This document shows, in pieces, positions 26,967 through 36,172 of a stretch of DNA of 64,000 nt (positions are counted from its first letter, which is position 1; each line of letters opens with the position of its first letter). The DNA is taken from the NCBI GenBank assembly GCA_017847725.1, contig JAGAXW010000025.1, positions 4,067 to 68,066 of the forward strand. Direction: 5' to 3'. The position numbers and the translations under genes are program-made. The notes under the pieces were generated by a model. The model had not been told where the DNA came from. It saw only the letters and a list, made by a program, of their open reading frames with translations, and searched no databases. The stretch is from Prevotella sp. GTDB taxonomy: Bacteria; Bacteroidota; Bacteroidia; Bacteroidales; Bacteroidaceae.

Positions 26967-28271
26967 TTATTTACGTTTAAGTGATGTTACTCCATACAGG
27001 TAGGCAGAACCGTCGATGACGTAGTCGGGATAGGTGGTTGGGCTCAGTGCACTTATGCGGGTTGCGTTTTCATACAGGTAGAGGACGAATCCCGAGCAGA
27101 CGCGCGTCCAGTTGCCCTTCTCTCTCCATACGAGTGCCTGCTGCTCCTCGTTCCATTCGCCCACCATGCCATAGGTGGTGCTGGTGCCTATGTAGCCCTG
27201 TGTGGAGTAGGGCAGCATGCGGACGTTTTTGACGTCGTCGATGTAGGTCAGCGTCTGGAAGGTCCAGTAGAACGAGTCGTCGGCCTTGCGGTACTCCAGC
27301 ACGACGTCGTAGTTGGGGTTGAGGCCGCGCATGAGGTAGGTCTCGAAGCCCTTGGTGGGTACGAGGGTCACGTCGAGCTCCTTGGTGGGGCTGTCGTCTT
27401 CCTTGGCGGTGTGACAGGTGAGCACCCATTCGCCCTGCCAGGCATAATACTTGTCGAGCCATTCGGGGTTGGGGGCTTCCAGTGTGATGGTGCCGCCGTT
27501 GCCGTCGGGGATGATGAATGTCTTGCTCTCCGAGTCGTACTGCAGGTCGTAGACGGGTACGCCGCCTACGGTAATCTCTTTGTAGAAGCGGATGCCCTTG
27601 TCGGTGAAGACGTAGGCCATGTCGCGCGACTTGGAGCCGTAGGTGAGGGCTATCTGGCGGGTGCTCCAGGTGAAGTCGCCGTTGATGTCCTCACCGTTGA
27701 TGCTGCCCTTGATCTTGTCTACGAGGAAGAAGTCTCTGACGTCGATGGCCTTGGCCATGTATTCGTTGGGGTCGTAGGTCAGCTTGTGGAGGGTGATGAC
27801 GTTGTTGTTGCGGTTGCCGTGCATGTAGATCTTGTCACCGATGATGCTGTCGAGGCGGAACTCGAAGTCGCCCTTCTCAGCCTGGTAGCCGTCGGGCGAT
27901 CCCTCACAGAAATAGTGGTGCAGCACCTTGTTGTAGGTGTCGAACGAGAGCGACGGGCCGATGTTGTTCTTCAGCGAGTAGTAGCTGGTGACCGTCAGCG
28001 AGGGGTCTTTCTCGCAGGTGGCTGTTACCTCGTCTTCCGTGAACTTGAGGCAGAAGACGTAGCCGCCTATCGACTGGTTGTTCTGTGGATAGTAGTCCAT
28101 GACCCATCCGTACTCCGAGTCGAGCAGTTTCTGGCGGAACTGGTCGATGAAGGCTTCCTGGCGTACGCTGGCAGAGGTGTCGAACTTGTCTTCTATCGTG
28201 TTCTTGCACGACTGCAGCCACAGGGCGGGTACGGCCAAAAGCAGGGCGAAAATATACTGTTTGATCTTCAT
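26967..28271 (-). CDS. DUF4302-like lipoprotein
   Basis: Lipobox LQSC, GWVMDYY, GPSLSFDTYNKVLH and GDFEF. Confidence 0.8.
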   Translation of the reverse strand: MKIKQYIFALLLAVPALWLQSCKNTIEDKFDTSASVRQEAFIDQFRQKLLDSEYGWVMDYYPQNNQSIGGYVFCLKFTEDEVTATCEKDPSLTVTSYYSLKNNIGPSLSFDTYNKVLHHYFCEGSPDGYQAEKGDFEFRLDSIIGDKIYMHGNRNNNVITLHKLTYDPNEYMAKAIDVRDFFLVDKIKGSINGEDINGDFTWSTRQIALTYGSKSRDMAYVFTDKGIRFYKEITVGGVPVYDLQYDSESKTFIIPDGNGGTITLEAPNPEWLDKYYAWQGEWVLTCHTAKEDDSPTKELDVTLVPTKGFETYLMRGLNPNYDVVLEYRKADDSFYWTFQTLTYIDDVKNVRMLPYSTQGYIGTSTTYGMVGEWNEEQQALVWREKGNWTRVCSGFVLYLYENATRISALSPTTYPDYVIDGSAYLYGVTSLKRK

Positions 28272-28284
28272 AGTCTTCACTTTT

Positions 28285-29229
28285 TTAGTTTTCATTCACT
28301 GTCAGGTCTGTCAGGTCAATCTTGCCGGATACGATGTCGTTGGTGCGGCGGTGGAGGACGTCGCGGACCTTGTCTATGTCAATCTTCCACGACTTCATCA
28401 TGTAGTCGCGCACCATGTCGAGCTTCTTCTCCAGGATGGCCTGGTAGGTGTAGTCGTAGGTCACGTTGCCGGCATCGTCGGTGTTCGTGATGACGGCCTC
28501 GTCGAGATATGCCTGCCACTCGGCGGGAGTGTGGGTGACGTACATCGAGTACATCTCGGCAATGTCCTCACCCGGCGAGTGCTGGGCATAGGCGGTGATG
28601 TAGCCGCGCTGGCGGTAGCCCGTGTTGTTGGGGGCCACGCTCCACGAGTCGGCGATGTAGGTCGTCTTGGTCAGCTCCTTGTAGGCCACGCTGTAGGGCA
28701 CGGTCTGGTTGAGGATGTGGGTGAACTCGTGGTGGATGGTCTTCAGATACTCGCTGTTCAGCTTGGCGATGCTGTTCACGTTGAGCGAGATGTCGTTGAC
28801 ACCCAGCAGCCATATCTTGCGGCCGCCCTCGGCGGTACCCAGCGTACGGGAGTTGTTGTTGTTGTACTGCCAGGAGCCGACGAAGACAATCTGCTTGGGG
28901 AAGTTGCGGCGGGTGAAGTCGATGCTGACCACCTCGTCGTAGGCCTCCAGACAGCAGTATTTCAGGACGTGGGCCAGCTTGATGGCGCTCTCGTAGTCGG
29001 CGGGGATGGTATAGTTGCCCAGGCTGACTTCATTCTCGTTCCAGCGCCAGTCGATATAGAGGTTGTAGGGTGTCTGTATTTTCTCCACCAACCACTTGTC
29101 GAAGGGGGTGTTGGAGGCTACCTTGTCGGCAATGATGATGCTCTCGCTGTTGAGGTCGTCGTCACCGCATGACGACAGTCCCAGGGCAGCAACGGCTGTC
29201 AGTGCGTATATTAAAAGATGTCTTTTCAT
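28285..29229 (-). CDS. SusCD-associated zinc metallopeptidase lipoprotein
   Basis: Lipobox LSSC, LGTAEGG, HHEFTHILNQ and EDIAE. Confidence 0.85.
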   Translation of the reverse strand: MKRHLLIYALTAVAALGLSSCGDDDLNSESIIIADKVASNTPFDKWLVEKIQTPYNLYIDWRWNENEVSLGNYTIPADYESAIKLAHVLKYCCLEAYDEVVSIDFTRRNFPKQIVFVGSWQYNNNNSRTLGTAEGGRKIWLLGVNDISLNVNSIAKLNSEYLKTIHHEFTHILNQTVPYSVAYKELTKTTYIADSWSVAPNNTGYRQRGYITAYAQHSPGEDIAEMYSMYVTHTPAEWQAYLDEAVITNTDDAGNVTYDYTYQAILEKKLDMVRDYMMKSWKIDIDKVRDVLHRRTNDIVSGKIDLTDLTVNEN

Positions 29230-29260
29230 ATCCTTAATCGTTTTAAGTGGTTAGACGGGG

Positions 29261-30862
29261 TTATCTCGGGTTAGGCTGGAAGCCGGCATCGATGGAGCGC
29301 TTCGGAATCTGCAGTGTGCGGCGCAGGTCGTCGACGGTCAGCTCGTCGACCACTTTCTCGATGTTGTCACCGTCGAAGGTGATGTCGCGGCGGTAGATGA
29401 CGATTCCGTAGCGGCGGATGTCCCACCAGCGCAGTCCCTCATAGAATCCGGCGATGCGGCGCATGAAGAGGATGGCCTGTAGCATGCTCTCCTTGACGTC
29501 GCCCTCGGCACCGATGTCGAAGCTCGGGTGGAGGTGCTTCTTGAAGGTGGGATGCTGGTTGGTGTAGTAGTCGATGGTGCTCATGTAAGTCTGCACACCG
29601 GCGGGCGTAATATTGTCGGGGTTGCCGTAGATGTTCTTGGCCCACGTGTTCATGTCGGCTGCGGCCTTGTCGTACTCGCCCAGCATGATGTAGGCCTCGG
29701 CGCGCGACAGCAGCACCTCGTCGCCGGTGAACGGAACCCATACGGTGCGTGAGTAGCCGGTGCCCTTGATGATGTTGGTGTACTGGAAGTCATAGTAGAG
29801 CTTGAACCACAGTACGCGGTCATGCGTGTTGCTGGAGTAGGTGGACGGGGCGCTCAGATAGGGTGCACCCTTGGAGGTGCTGTAGCTGGTGGACCACATG
29901 AAGTTGGGTACGCGCACCGTCTCCGACTTGGCCACGAAGGCACCGTGGGAATAGAGGTTCAGCGTAGAGTAGGCACCGAAGTTGGTCTTGTAGCTGCCAT
30001 AGGTGGTGGCCAGCATCAGGTTGGCCGGCTGCTCGGCGTCTACCCACTGCTTGGCCTGCTCGTCGTAGTTGCGGGCCACGGTGCTGTGCAGTTCCCAGTT
30101 GCGGAGCATGTTCTTCGGATTGGTGCCCAGCACCATGTTGGCGCAGTCGATGGCTTTCTGCCACTGCTCGGTGAACAGGTAGAAGCGGGTGGCGAAGGCA
30201 TAGGCGGCATTGAGGTTGAAGTGGTACTTGGGCACGGTGTAGTTATCCTCCGTGATGTCGGGCAGTGCCTCTTCGAGGTCGGCCTGAATCTGCAGGTAGT
30301 AGTCCTCCAGGTTGCCGCGCTCATACTGCGGGTTGAGTTCGCGCTCTACGTCGTACTGGTAGGGCAGGCCCAGGTTCTGTGCATTCTTGGCCTTGTCGAA
30401 GGGGGCGCAGAAGGTGACAGCCAGCAGGAAGTGGCAGTAGGCACGCAGCATGATGGCCTCGGCGCGGGCAGCCTTGAGCACGGCGTCCTTCGGACCGCCC
30501 AGGTTGTCGATGGCCTCCAGGGCCATGTTGGCAGCGGTGACGCCGCCGAAGCAGTCGCTCCACAGGTTGGCCGGCGAGAAGGTGCCGGTCTCCATGATGG
30601 GCGCCCACGACCAGGTGCTGTCCGACAGCACGGTGTGGTTCTTGAATCGCGGATAGCGGTCGTAGTTGTCCGACATCATCTCGTTGAAGTAGATGTAGTC
30701 GTGGGTGGGATAGGCGGAGGTGAGCAGCGAGACGACCTTGTCCTCCGAGTCTACTTCGGAGCGGTTGTCCGGCATCTTGTCCAGATAGTCGTTACAGGCG
30801 GTCAGCGAGACGACCGTCATGGCGGCCATCATCAGCAGGTATATGATATTCTTTGTTTTCAT
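29261..30862 (-). CDS. SusD/RagB family lipoprotein
   Basis: LTACNDYLDKMPD, AEAIMLRAY and EGLRWWDIRR. Confidence 0.92.
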   Translation of the reverse strand: MKTKNIIYLLMMAAMTVVSLTACNDYLDKMPDNRSEVDSEDKVVSLLTSAYPTHDYIYFNEMMSDNYDRYPRFKNHTVLSDSTWSWAPIMETGTFSPANLWSDCFGGVTAANMALEAIDNLGGPKDAVLKAARAEAIMLRAYCHFLLAVTFCAPFDKAKNAQNLGLPYQYDVERELNPQYERGNLEDYYLQIQADLEEALPDITEDNYTVPKYHFNLNAAYAFATRFYLFTEQWQKAIDCANMVLGTNPKNMLRNWELHSTVARNYDEQAKQWVDAEQPANLMLATTYGSYKTNFGAYSTLNLYSHGAFVAKSETVRVPNFMWSTSYSTSKGAPYLSAPSTYSSNTHDRVLWFKLYYDFQYTNIIKGTGYSRTVWVPFTGDEVLLSRAEAYIMLGEYDKAAADMNTWAKNIYGNPDNITPAGVQTYMSTIDYYTNQHPTFKKHLHPSFDIGAEGDVKESMLQAILFMRRIAGFYEGLRWWDIRRYGIVIYRRDITFDGDNIEKVVDELTVDDLRRTLQIPKRSIDAGFQPNPR

Positions 30863-30880
30863 GATGCAACGGTTTTTTGA

Positions 30881-33800
30881 TTACATTCCAATTCTAAGTG
30901 TAGCGGTAAACTGCTTAGCGATAGGCATTGCCACACCACCGCTGTTGACGAACTCAGGATCCTGACCGTTTAGCTTCTTGTCGGCATAGATCAAGAAGAG
31001 GTTGGTGGCCTGCAGCTTCAGAGAGAGGCTCTTGAGGCTGAGCGGGCGGATGAGCTTCTTGGGGAAGTCGTAGGCAATGGATATCTCCTTCATGCGGATG
31101 AAGTCGCCCTTGGCGATACGTGCGTCGGAGTAGTTATAAGAGTTGTACGCGCGAGCCTCGTTCGACAGGTTGTAGTTGAGCAGTCGGTTGGAGATGCCCG
31201 GCACGTCGGTGTATCTCTCGTCGCCCGGAACCACCCAGCGGTTCTTGAACTCGTTGGGCGTAGCCGTGAGGTCGCTGTATGAGCTGGAGAAGGCACGGTC
31301 CAGACGAACCACGTTGCCATAGCTGTAAGTGATGAAGCAGTTGAGCGTCAGGCCCTTCCACTTGAAGATGTTGCCCAGCGAACCGGTGTCGGTGGGGTCG
31401 GCGGGACCGGAGTAGACCAGTGTGGCGATGGCGCCGTCGGAAGTGTCCTGGAAGTAGGTACCCTCCGACGAGAGCTTGCCGTTGTTGTCGATGACCTGCG
31501 GTATGCCGTTGCCGTCGAGTCCCTTATACTGGACGGAGAAGATGCTGCGGACGGGGTAGCCCTCCTTGGCGAAGCCCGAGCCGCGGATGAGGTCCCAGAT
31601 GCGGCTGGTGCCCAGCAGCTTGGTCACCTTGTTGCTGGTGTGCGAGTAGATGAAGTTGGTGGTCCAGCTGAAGTTCTTGTTCTTGATGTTGGTCGTCGAG
31701 ATGCTCAGCTCGCAGCCGTGCGACCGCATCTCGGCGACGTTACCGGGCTTCTGCGTCTCACCGGCCATGCCCTGTACGTTGACGTAGCCAATCAGGTCGT
31801 AGTTGTTACGCTTGTACCACTCGAAGGTGACGTTGATACGGTTCTTCAGGAATCCGAGGTCGACACCGACGTTGAACTCGTGCTTCTTCTCGTAGGTCAG
31901 GTCGTAGTTGGCTACGCGGCTGATGTACATGTAGCTCTCGCGGACGGTGGTGAACGGACGCCAGGGCTTGCCCGAGTAAATGACGTCGGCCGAGTTGGTC
32001 ACGAACGACGGGCCGCGGTCGCCGGTCAGCGAGTACGACAGGCGCAGCGTGCCGTGGGTGAGCACATCCTTGAAGGTGTTCTTGAACCAGGGCTCCTCGT
32101 GGGCGTTCCATGCTCCCGATATGTTCCAGGTGGGCATCCAGCGGGCCGAGCGGCTCTTGCCCAGCTTGTTGGTGCCCTCGTAGCGGAATGTGCCGTTGAG
32201 GGTGTAGCGGCCCTTCCATGAGTAGGAGGCGTTGGCGAAGAAGGCTACCGAGCGCTCGCGGTAGTTGGAGAGCGAGTAGTAGTTGGCGTTGTCCTCGATG
32301 TTCTTCTTGAAGAGCTCGTAGACGTAGTAGGGCGTCTCACCCTTGGAATACTGCATACCCCAGCCGCGGAACCAGGTGCGGCGGCGCTCTACGGAGTTGG
32401 TCTCCATACCGCCGTAGAAGTTGACGATATGCTTGCCGGCGAAGACGTCGTTATAGTTGACAGAACCGCGGAAGTCCCAGCCCAGCGAACGCGTGTCGGT
32501 ACGGTCGAGGATACCACCCTCGGGCAGCACGGTGATGGGCAGTGCCGACAGGTCGTCGGGGTTGGTGTACAGGTAGCGGTTGTTGTTCATGATGGTGGTG
32601 GTACCCATGGCGCGATAGGCGCGGGCCTGGTTAGAATCGTCCAGCACGTTGTGCTCGGTGGTGCTGGCGTTGTACTTGATGGCTATCAGGGCGCTGAGCT
32701 CCAGCTTCCGGATGGGCTTGTAGTTCAGACGGCCCTGGATGCGCAGGTCGCTGACGTTGTAGTCGATATAGTTGTTGGACAGCTCGTGCTTGATGTTGAA
32801 GTCGGTGTAGTTGCGCGTGTAGAACTCGTCGGGGTCCAGCGTGCGCGAGGTGTTCAGGGCGTAGCTGTAGGGGTTGATGTCGAAACCGCGGTCTACCGAA
32901 CCGTTCACCACGTCGGACTCGCTGGCGATGGCGCCCGGCGACTCCTGCTTACGGTAGCTGGCGTTGGCAATCATGTTGAGCGACAGCTTCTTGTTCAGGT
33001 TGAAGGTGCTGTTCAGGTTGGCGGTGTAGCGCTGCACCTTGTTGGAGATGGTCCATCCCGGGTCGTACATGGCGGAGACGGAGGCGTAATACTGGGCCTT
33101 GTCCGTACCGGAGGAGATGCTCACCGAGTGGTTGTGCATGATGTTGACGTTGAACAACTCGTCGAACCAGTCGGTGTTGCGGTACTCGGCCTCGCGCAGG
33201 TAGGCAGCCTTGGCCTCTGGCGTGTTGGCCAGTCCGAACTGGCCGGTGGTGGCGTCGTACTGGGACAGCAGCTGGTACATCTTACCGTAGACACCGCTGT
33301 TCTGCGCGTTGGCAGTGCTGGCGTAGGTGAGGAGTCCCTTCTGCTCCAGCTCCTGATAGACGGCCATCTGGTCTTGCGAGTTCATGATGTTGAAGGTGGA
33401 GTAGCTGGGCTTCAGGCGCAGGGTGTACTCACCGGTGTAGGTGATGCTGTGCTGTCCTGCCTTACCCTTCTTGGTGGTGACGACAATCACACCGGCCATT
33501 GCGCGCGCGCCATATATAGAGGTGGCGGAGCCGTCCTTCAGAATCTGGAACGACTCGATGTCGTCGGCGTTCAGACCAGCCACGGCGCTCGATATCAGAG
33601 TCTCGGCATCACCCGACGAGAGGTCGTCGGCATCTACATTGGCCACATCCTCCATGATGACGCCGTCGATGACCCACAGGGGCTTCGACGAGCCGTAGAT
33701 ACTGGTGGCACCGCGGACGCGGATCTTCGGAGCCGTACCGAACGTGCCGCTGACGTTCTGGACGGTGACACCGGCTGCGCGGCCTTCCAGTGAGCGGCTG

Positions 33801-34201
33801 ATGTCGGCGATACCGTCAATCTTGGCATCGCTGGCGTCGACCTTGGTGGTGGCACCGGTGAAGAGGCGCTTGTCGACTTTCTGCATACCCGTGACGACAA
33901 CCTCCTCCAGCTCGGCGCTGTTGTGCAGCACGACGCGCATGCCGTTCTTCGGAGTCAGGGTCTGGGTCTCCATACCGATAAAACTAATAGAAATCTTCTT
34001 GCCTGCGGGGACGCTGATGGTGAAGCGTCCGTCTGCGTCAGTAATCGTACCAGAGCGTTGTCCCTGCACGATGACTGAGGCTCCGATGACGGGCTGGTCG
34101 TCCTCGGCAGAGATGACGATACCGCTGATTCTGTTCTGAGCAAAAACACTTCCCAATGTAAGGAAGAGGCAGGCTAAAAACATGGTTAGTCTTTTCTTCA
34201 T
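30881..34201 (-). CDS. SusC/RagA TonB-dependent transporter
   Basis: Same plug motifs as 21630-24935; close paralog. Confidence 0.96.
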   Translation of the reverse strand: MKKRLTMFLACLFLTLGSVFAQNRISGIVISAEDDQPVIGASVIVQGQRSGTITDADGRFTISVPAGKKISISFIGMETQTLTPKNGMRVVLHNSAELEEVVVTGMQKVDKRLFTGATTKVDASDAKIDGIADISRSLEGRAAGVTVQNVSGTFGTAPKIRVRGATSIYGSSKPLWVIDGVIMEDVANVDADDLSSGDAETLISSAVAGLNADDIESFQILKDGSATSIYGARAMAGVIVVTTKKGKAGQHSITYTGEYTLRLKPSYSTFNIMNSQDQMAVYQELEQKGLLTYASTANAQNSGVYGKMYQLLSQYDATTGQFGLANTPEAKAAYLREAEYRNTDWFDELFNVNIMHNHSVSISSGTDKAQYYASVSAMYDPGWTISNKVQRYTANLNSTFNLNKKLSLNMIANASYRKQESPGAIASESDVVNGSVDRGFDINPYSYALNTSRTLDPDEFYTRNYTDFNIKHELSNNYIDYNVSDLRIQGRLNYKPIRKLELSALIAIKYNASTTEHNVLDDSNQARAYRAMGTTTIMNNNRYLYTNPDDLSALPITVLPEGGILDRTDTRSLGWDFRGSVNYNDVFAGKHIVNFYGGMETNSVERRRTWFRGWGMQYSKGETPYYVYELFKKNIEDNANYYSLSNYRERSVAFFANASYSWKGRYTLNGTFRYEGTNKLGKSRSARWMPTWNISGAWNAHEEPWFKNTFKDVLTHGTLRLSYSLTGDRGPSFVTNSADVIYSGKPWRPFTTVRESYMYISRVANYDLTYEKKHEFNVGVDLGFLKNRINVTFEWYKRNNYDLIGYVNVQGMAGETQKPGNVAEMRSHGCELSISTTNIKNKNFSWTTNFIYSHTSNKVTKLLGTSRIWDLIRGSGFAKEGYPVRSIFSVQYKGLDGNGIPQVIDNNGKLSSEGTYFQDTSDGAIATLVYSGPADPTDTGSLGNIFKWKGLTLNCFITYSYGNVVRLDRAFSSSYSDLTATPNEFKNRWVVPGDERYTDVPGISNRLLNYNLSNEARAYNSYNYSDARIAKGDFIRMKEISIAYDFPKKLIRPLSLKSLSLKLQATNLFLIYADKKLNGQDPEFVNSGGVAMPIAKQFTATLRIGM

Positions 34202-34296
34202 AATGTTGCTCTTTAGTTTATTTTAGTGTATTTTTGATACTTTTAGATTTCCGGTCTTTTGCGTATTGGCTGAGTGTTTCAAATGCGTATTTGTTG

Positions 34297-34328
34297 CAAA
34301 ATTAAATAAATTTATTAAAATATCCAAA
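34297..34328 (-). promoter_or_regulatory. Promoter of susC locus 2
   Basis: Minus strand TTTG-N20-TAATTTTG. Confidence 0.6.
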
Positions 34329-34360
34329 TTAAAATGTTGTTTTTTTTTATAAAATACAAG

Positions 34361-34398
34361 AAAAAAGCGGGAACGGCATCCGAAATGCCGTTCCCGCT
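34361..34398 (-). terminator. Intrinsic terminator
   Basis: AGCGGGAACGGCAT/ATGCCGTTCCCGCT stem with an adjacent A run. Confidence 0.8.
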
Positions 34399-34422
34399 CG
34401 TTTCCTTACCGTAGCCAGTTGG

Positions 34423-34995
34423 TTAGTCTTCGGGGTTGCCCTGATAGTGATAGGGCTTGAGGTTGGGGTTCTCGCCGATATACTCGTCGGGGACGATGGC
34501 GTCCTTGATGAGCCGTTCGTTGTAGGGCCCGCGGGCGGGGATCAGGTCGAGCAGCATGTCGTTGTAGTTGACGGTCGAGACGACGATGCTGAAGAGGGCG
34601 ATGCCTACGCGTGTGCCTTGCGGGTAGCGGTTGCTGTGCAGGTAGACGGTCTTCAGCGCCGTGTGGTTGTAGATGGCGATCGTGTTGTACTTCAGGTAGG
34701 CCTTGTAGACGTCCTGGTTGGTCAGCGTGGTGTCGGCATGGCTGAACGTGCGGCTGATGTTGCTGATGTTCTCGTCGATAGCGTCGAGCTTGGTGCTGTC
34801 GTTGTTCTGCAGGCACTGATGGATGTTGTCGTTGACCTCATAGCGGATGGCCTCGTCGGTGGGGACGGTCATGACGGCGACGATGAAAAGCACGAAGAGG
34901 ACAACCAGCAGGATGATGATTCTTCCGAAGCAGCTGTTCAGGAACTCTTGTGAGAAACTTTGCTTCTTGTAGGTGTTTCTGTTGAACTGATCCAT
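34423..34995 (-). CDS. Hypothetical membrane-anchored protein
   Basis: One N-terminal transmembrane helix; co-oriented downstream of folE. Confidence 0.75.
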   Translation of the reverse strand: MDQFNRNTYKKQSFSQEFLNSCFGRIIILLVVLFVLFIVAVMTVPTDEAIRYEVNDNIHQCLQNNDSTKLDAIDENISNISRTFSHADTTLTNQDVYKAYLKYNTIAIYNHTALKTVYLHSNRYPQGTRVGIALFSIVVSTVNYNDMLLDLIPARGPYNERLIKDAIVPDEYIGENPNLKPYHYQGNPED

Positions 34996-35014
34996 ATTAA
35001 TAAGGTAATAGGTT

Positions 35015-35584
35015 TTAGCGGTTATTGATGAGGTTCATGAACTCCTGACGGGTCTTGGCCTGGTTGAAGGCTCCGCTGAAGTCGCTGGTGGTGGTGATGC
35101 TGTTCTGCTTTTCGACGCCGCGCATCTGCATGCACATGTGGCGGGCCTCGACAACTACCATGACACCCAGCGGCTTGAGCGTCTGCTCGATGCATTCCTT
35201 GATCTGCAGCGTCATGCGCTCCTGGACTTGCAGGCGATGGCTATAGATGTCGACGACGCGGGCTATCTTGGAGAGGCCGGTGATGTAGCCGTTGGGGATG
35301 TAGGCGACGTGGGCCTTGCCGTAGAAGGGGAGCATGTGGTGCTCGCACAGCGAGAAAAAGTCGATGTCCTTGACGATGACCATCTGGCTGTAGTCTTCCT
35401 TGAAGAGTGCGTCTCTCAGCACCTGGTGGGCGTCCATCTCGTAGCCGCGGGTGAGCACCTGCATGGCTTTGGCGACGCGCATGGGGGTCTTCAGCAGGCC
35501 CTCGCGCCCGGGGTCTTCTCCCAGCAGGCTGATGACTTCCTTGTAGTGTGCGGCGAGTTGCTCGGTAGAATTTGTCTGGCTCAT
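35015..35584 (-). CDS. folE: GTP cyclohydrolase I
   Basis: [24 protein letters not shown] and HMCMQMRG. Confidence 0.97.
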   Translation of the reverse strand: MSQTNSTEQLAAHYKEVISLLGEDPGREGLLKTPMRVAKAMQVLTRGYEMDAHQVLRDALFKEDYSQMVIVKDIDFFSLCEHHMLPFYGKAHVAYIPNGYITGLSKIARVVDIYSHRLQVQERMTLQIKECIEQTLKPLGVMVVVEARHMCMQMRGVEKQNSITTTSDFSGAFNQAKTRQEFMNLINNR

Positions 35585-35608
35585 AGATTCTTGCTTTTCT
35601 GATAAAAA

Positions 35609-36172
35609 TTAATAGGACACCGTAATCTTGCCCTTGACGATGGTGGCCTGGTTGTAGCCCATGTTGCGCAGGCTGAGCAGCATCTGGTGGGCCTCTTCGT
35701 AGGTGCGGTAGTTGCCTACGCGGCAAATCCAGCGGGGCGAATGGAAGTGTACGTAGACCGGTACGCCTATGAACTGCGACCGGATGCTGTTGCCGATATG
35801 CTCGGCCTGCTGGCGGTCCTTGCGGGAGTTGCCGCCGGCAAAGGCCTGCACGCGATAGCCGATGACCTTGTAGGTGCCGCGGCCCGTGGGCTTCTGCTCG
35901 TCGGTCTGCTCGTTGTCAGCTTCCTTCTCCTGGGCTTTCTTTTCGCCTGTCTTGGCGGTGGCGGTTGCCGGGGTGGTGGGCTTGGCGGCCGGGGACGCGG
36001 CATGGCTGGACAGCTTGGCTTCGTTGACCAGGCGGTCGATGGCTTCGTCCTGGTGGATGGTCACGGTGCCTTGCCCGGCTGCGTGGCCCTGGATGCGCTG
36101 GGTGAAAGTCTGTGCATCGACATTCAGGAGAATGCCGATACACAGGATAATGATGCTAATGACTCTGTTCAT
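35609..36172 (-). CDS. SPOR-domain protein
   Basis: Signal peptide; GYRVQAF...WICRVGNYRTYEEA. Confidence 0.85.
   Translation of the reverse strand: MNRVISIIILCIGILLNVDAQTFTQRIQGHAAGQGTVTIHQDEAIDRLVNEAKLSSHAASPAAKPTTPATATAKTGEKKAQEKEADNEQTDEQKPTGRGTYKVIGYRVQAFAGGNSRKDRQQAEHIGNSIRSQFIGVPVYVHFHSPRWICRVGNYRTYEEAHQMLLSLRNMGYNQATIVKGKITVSY

Noticed and set aside
21630-34201. Invertible (shufflon-type) SusC locus
   Set aside because: The two susC genes are in direct orientation, with no adjacent invertase and no flanking inverted repeats seen.
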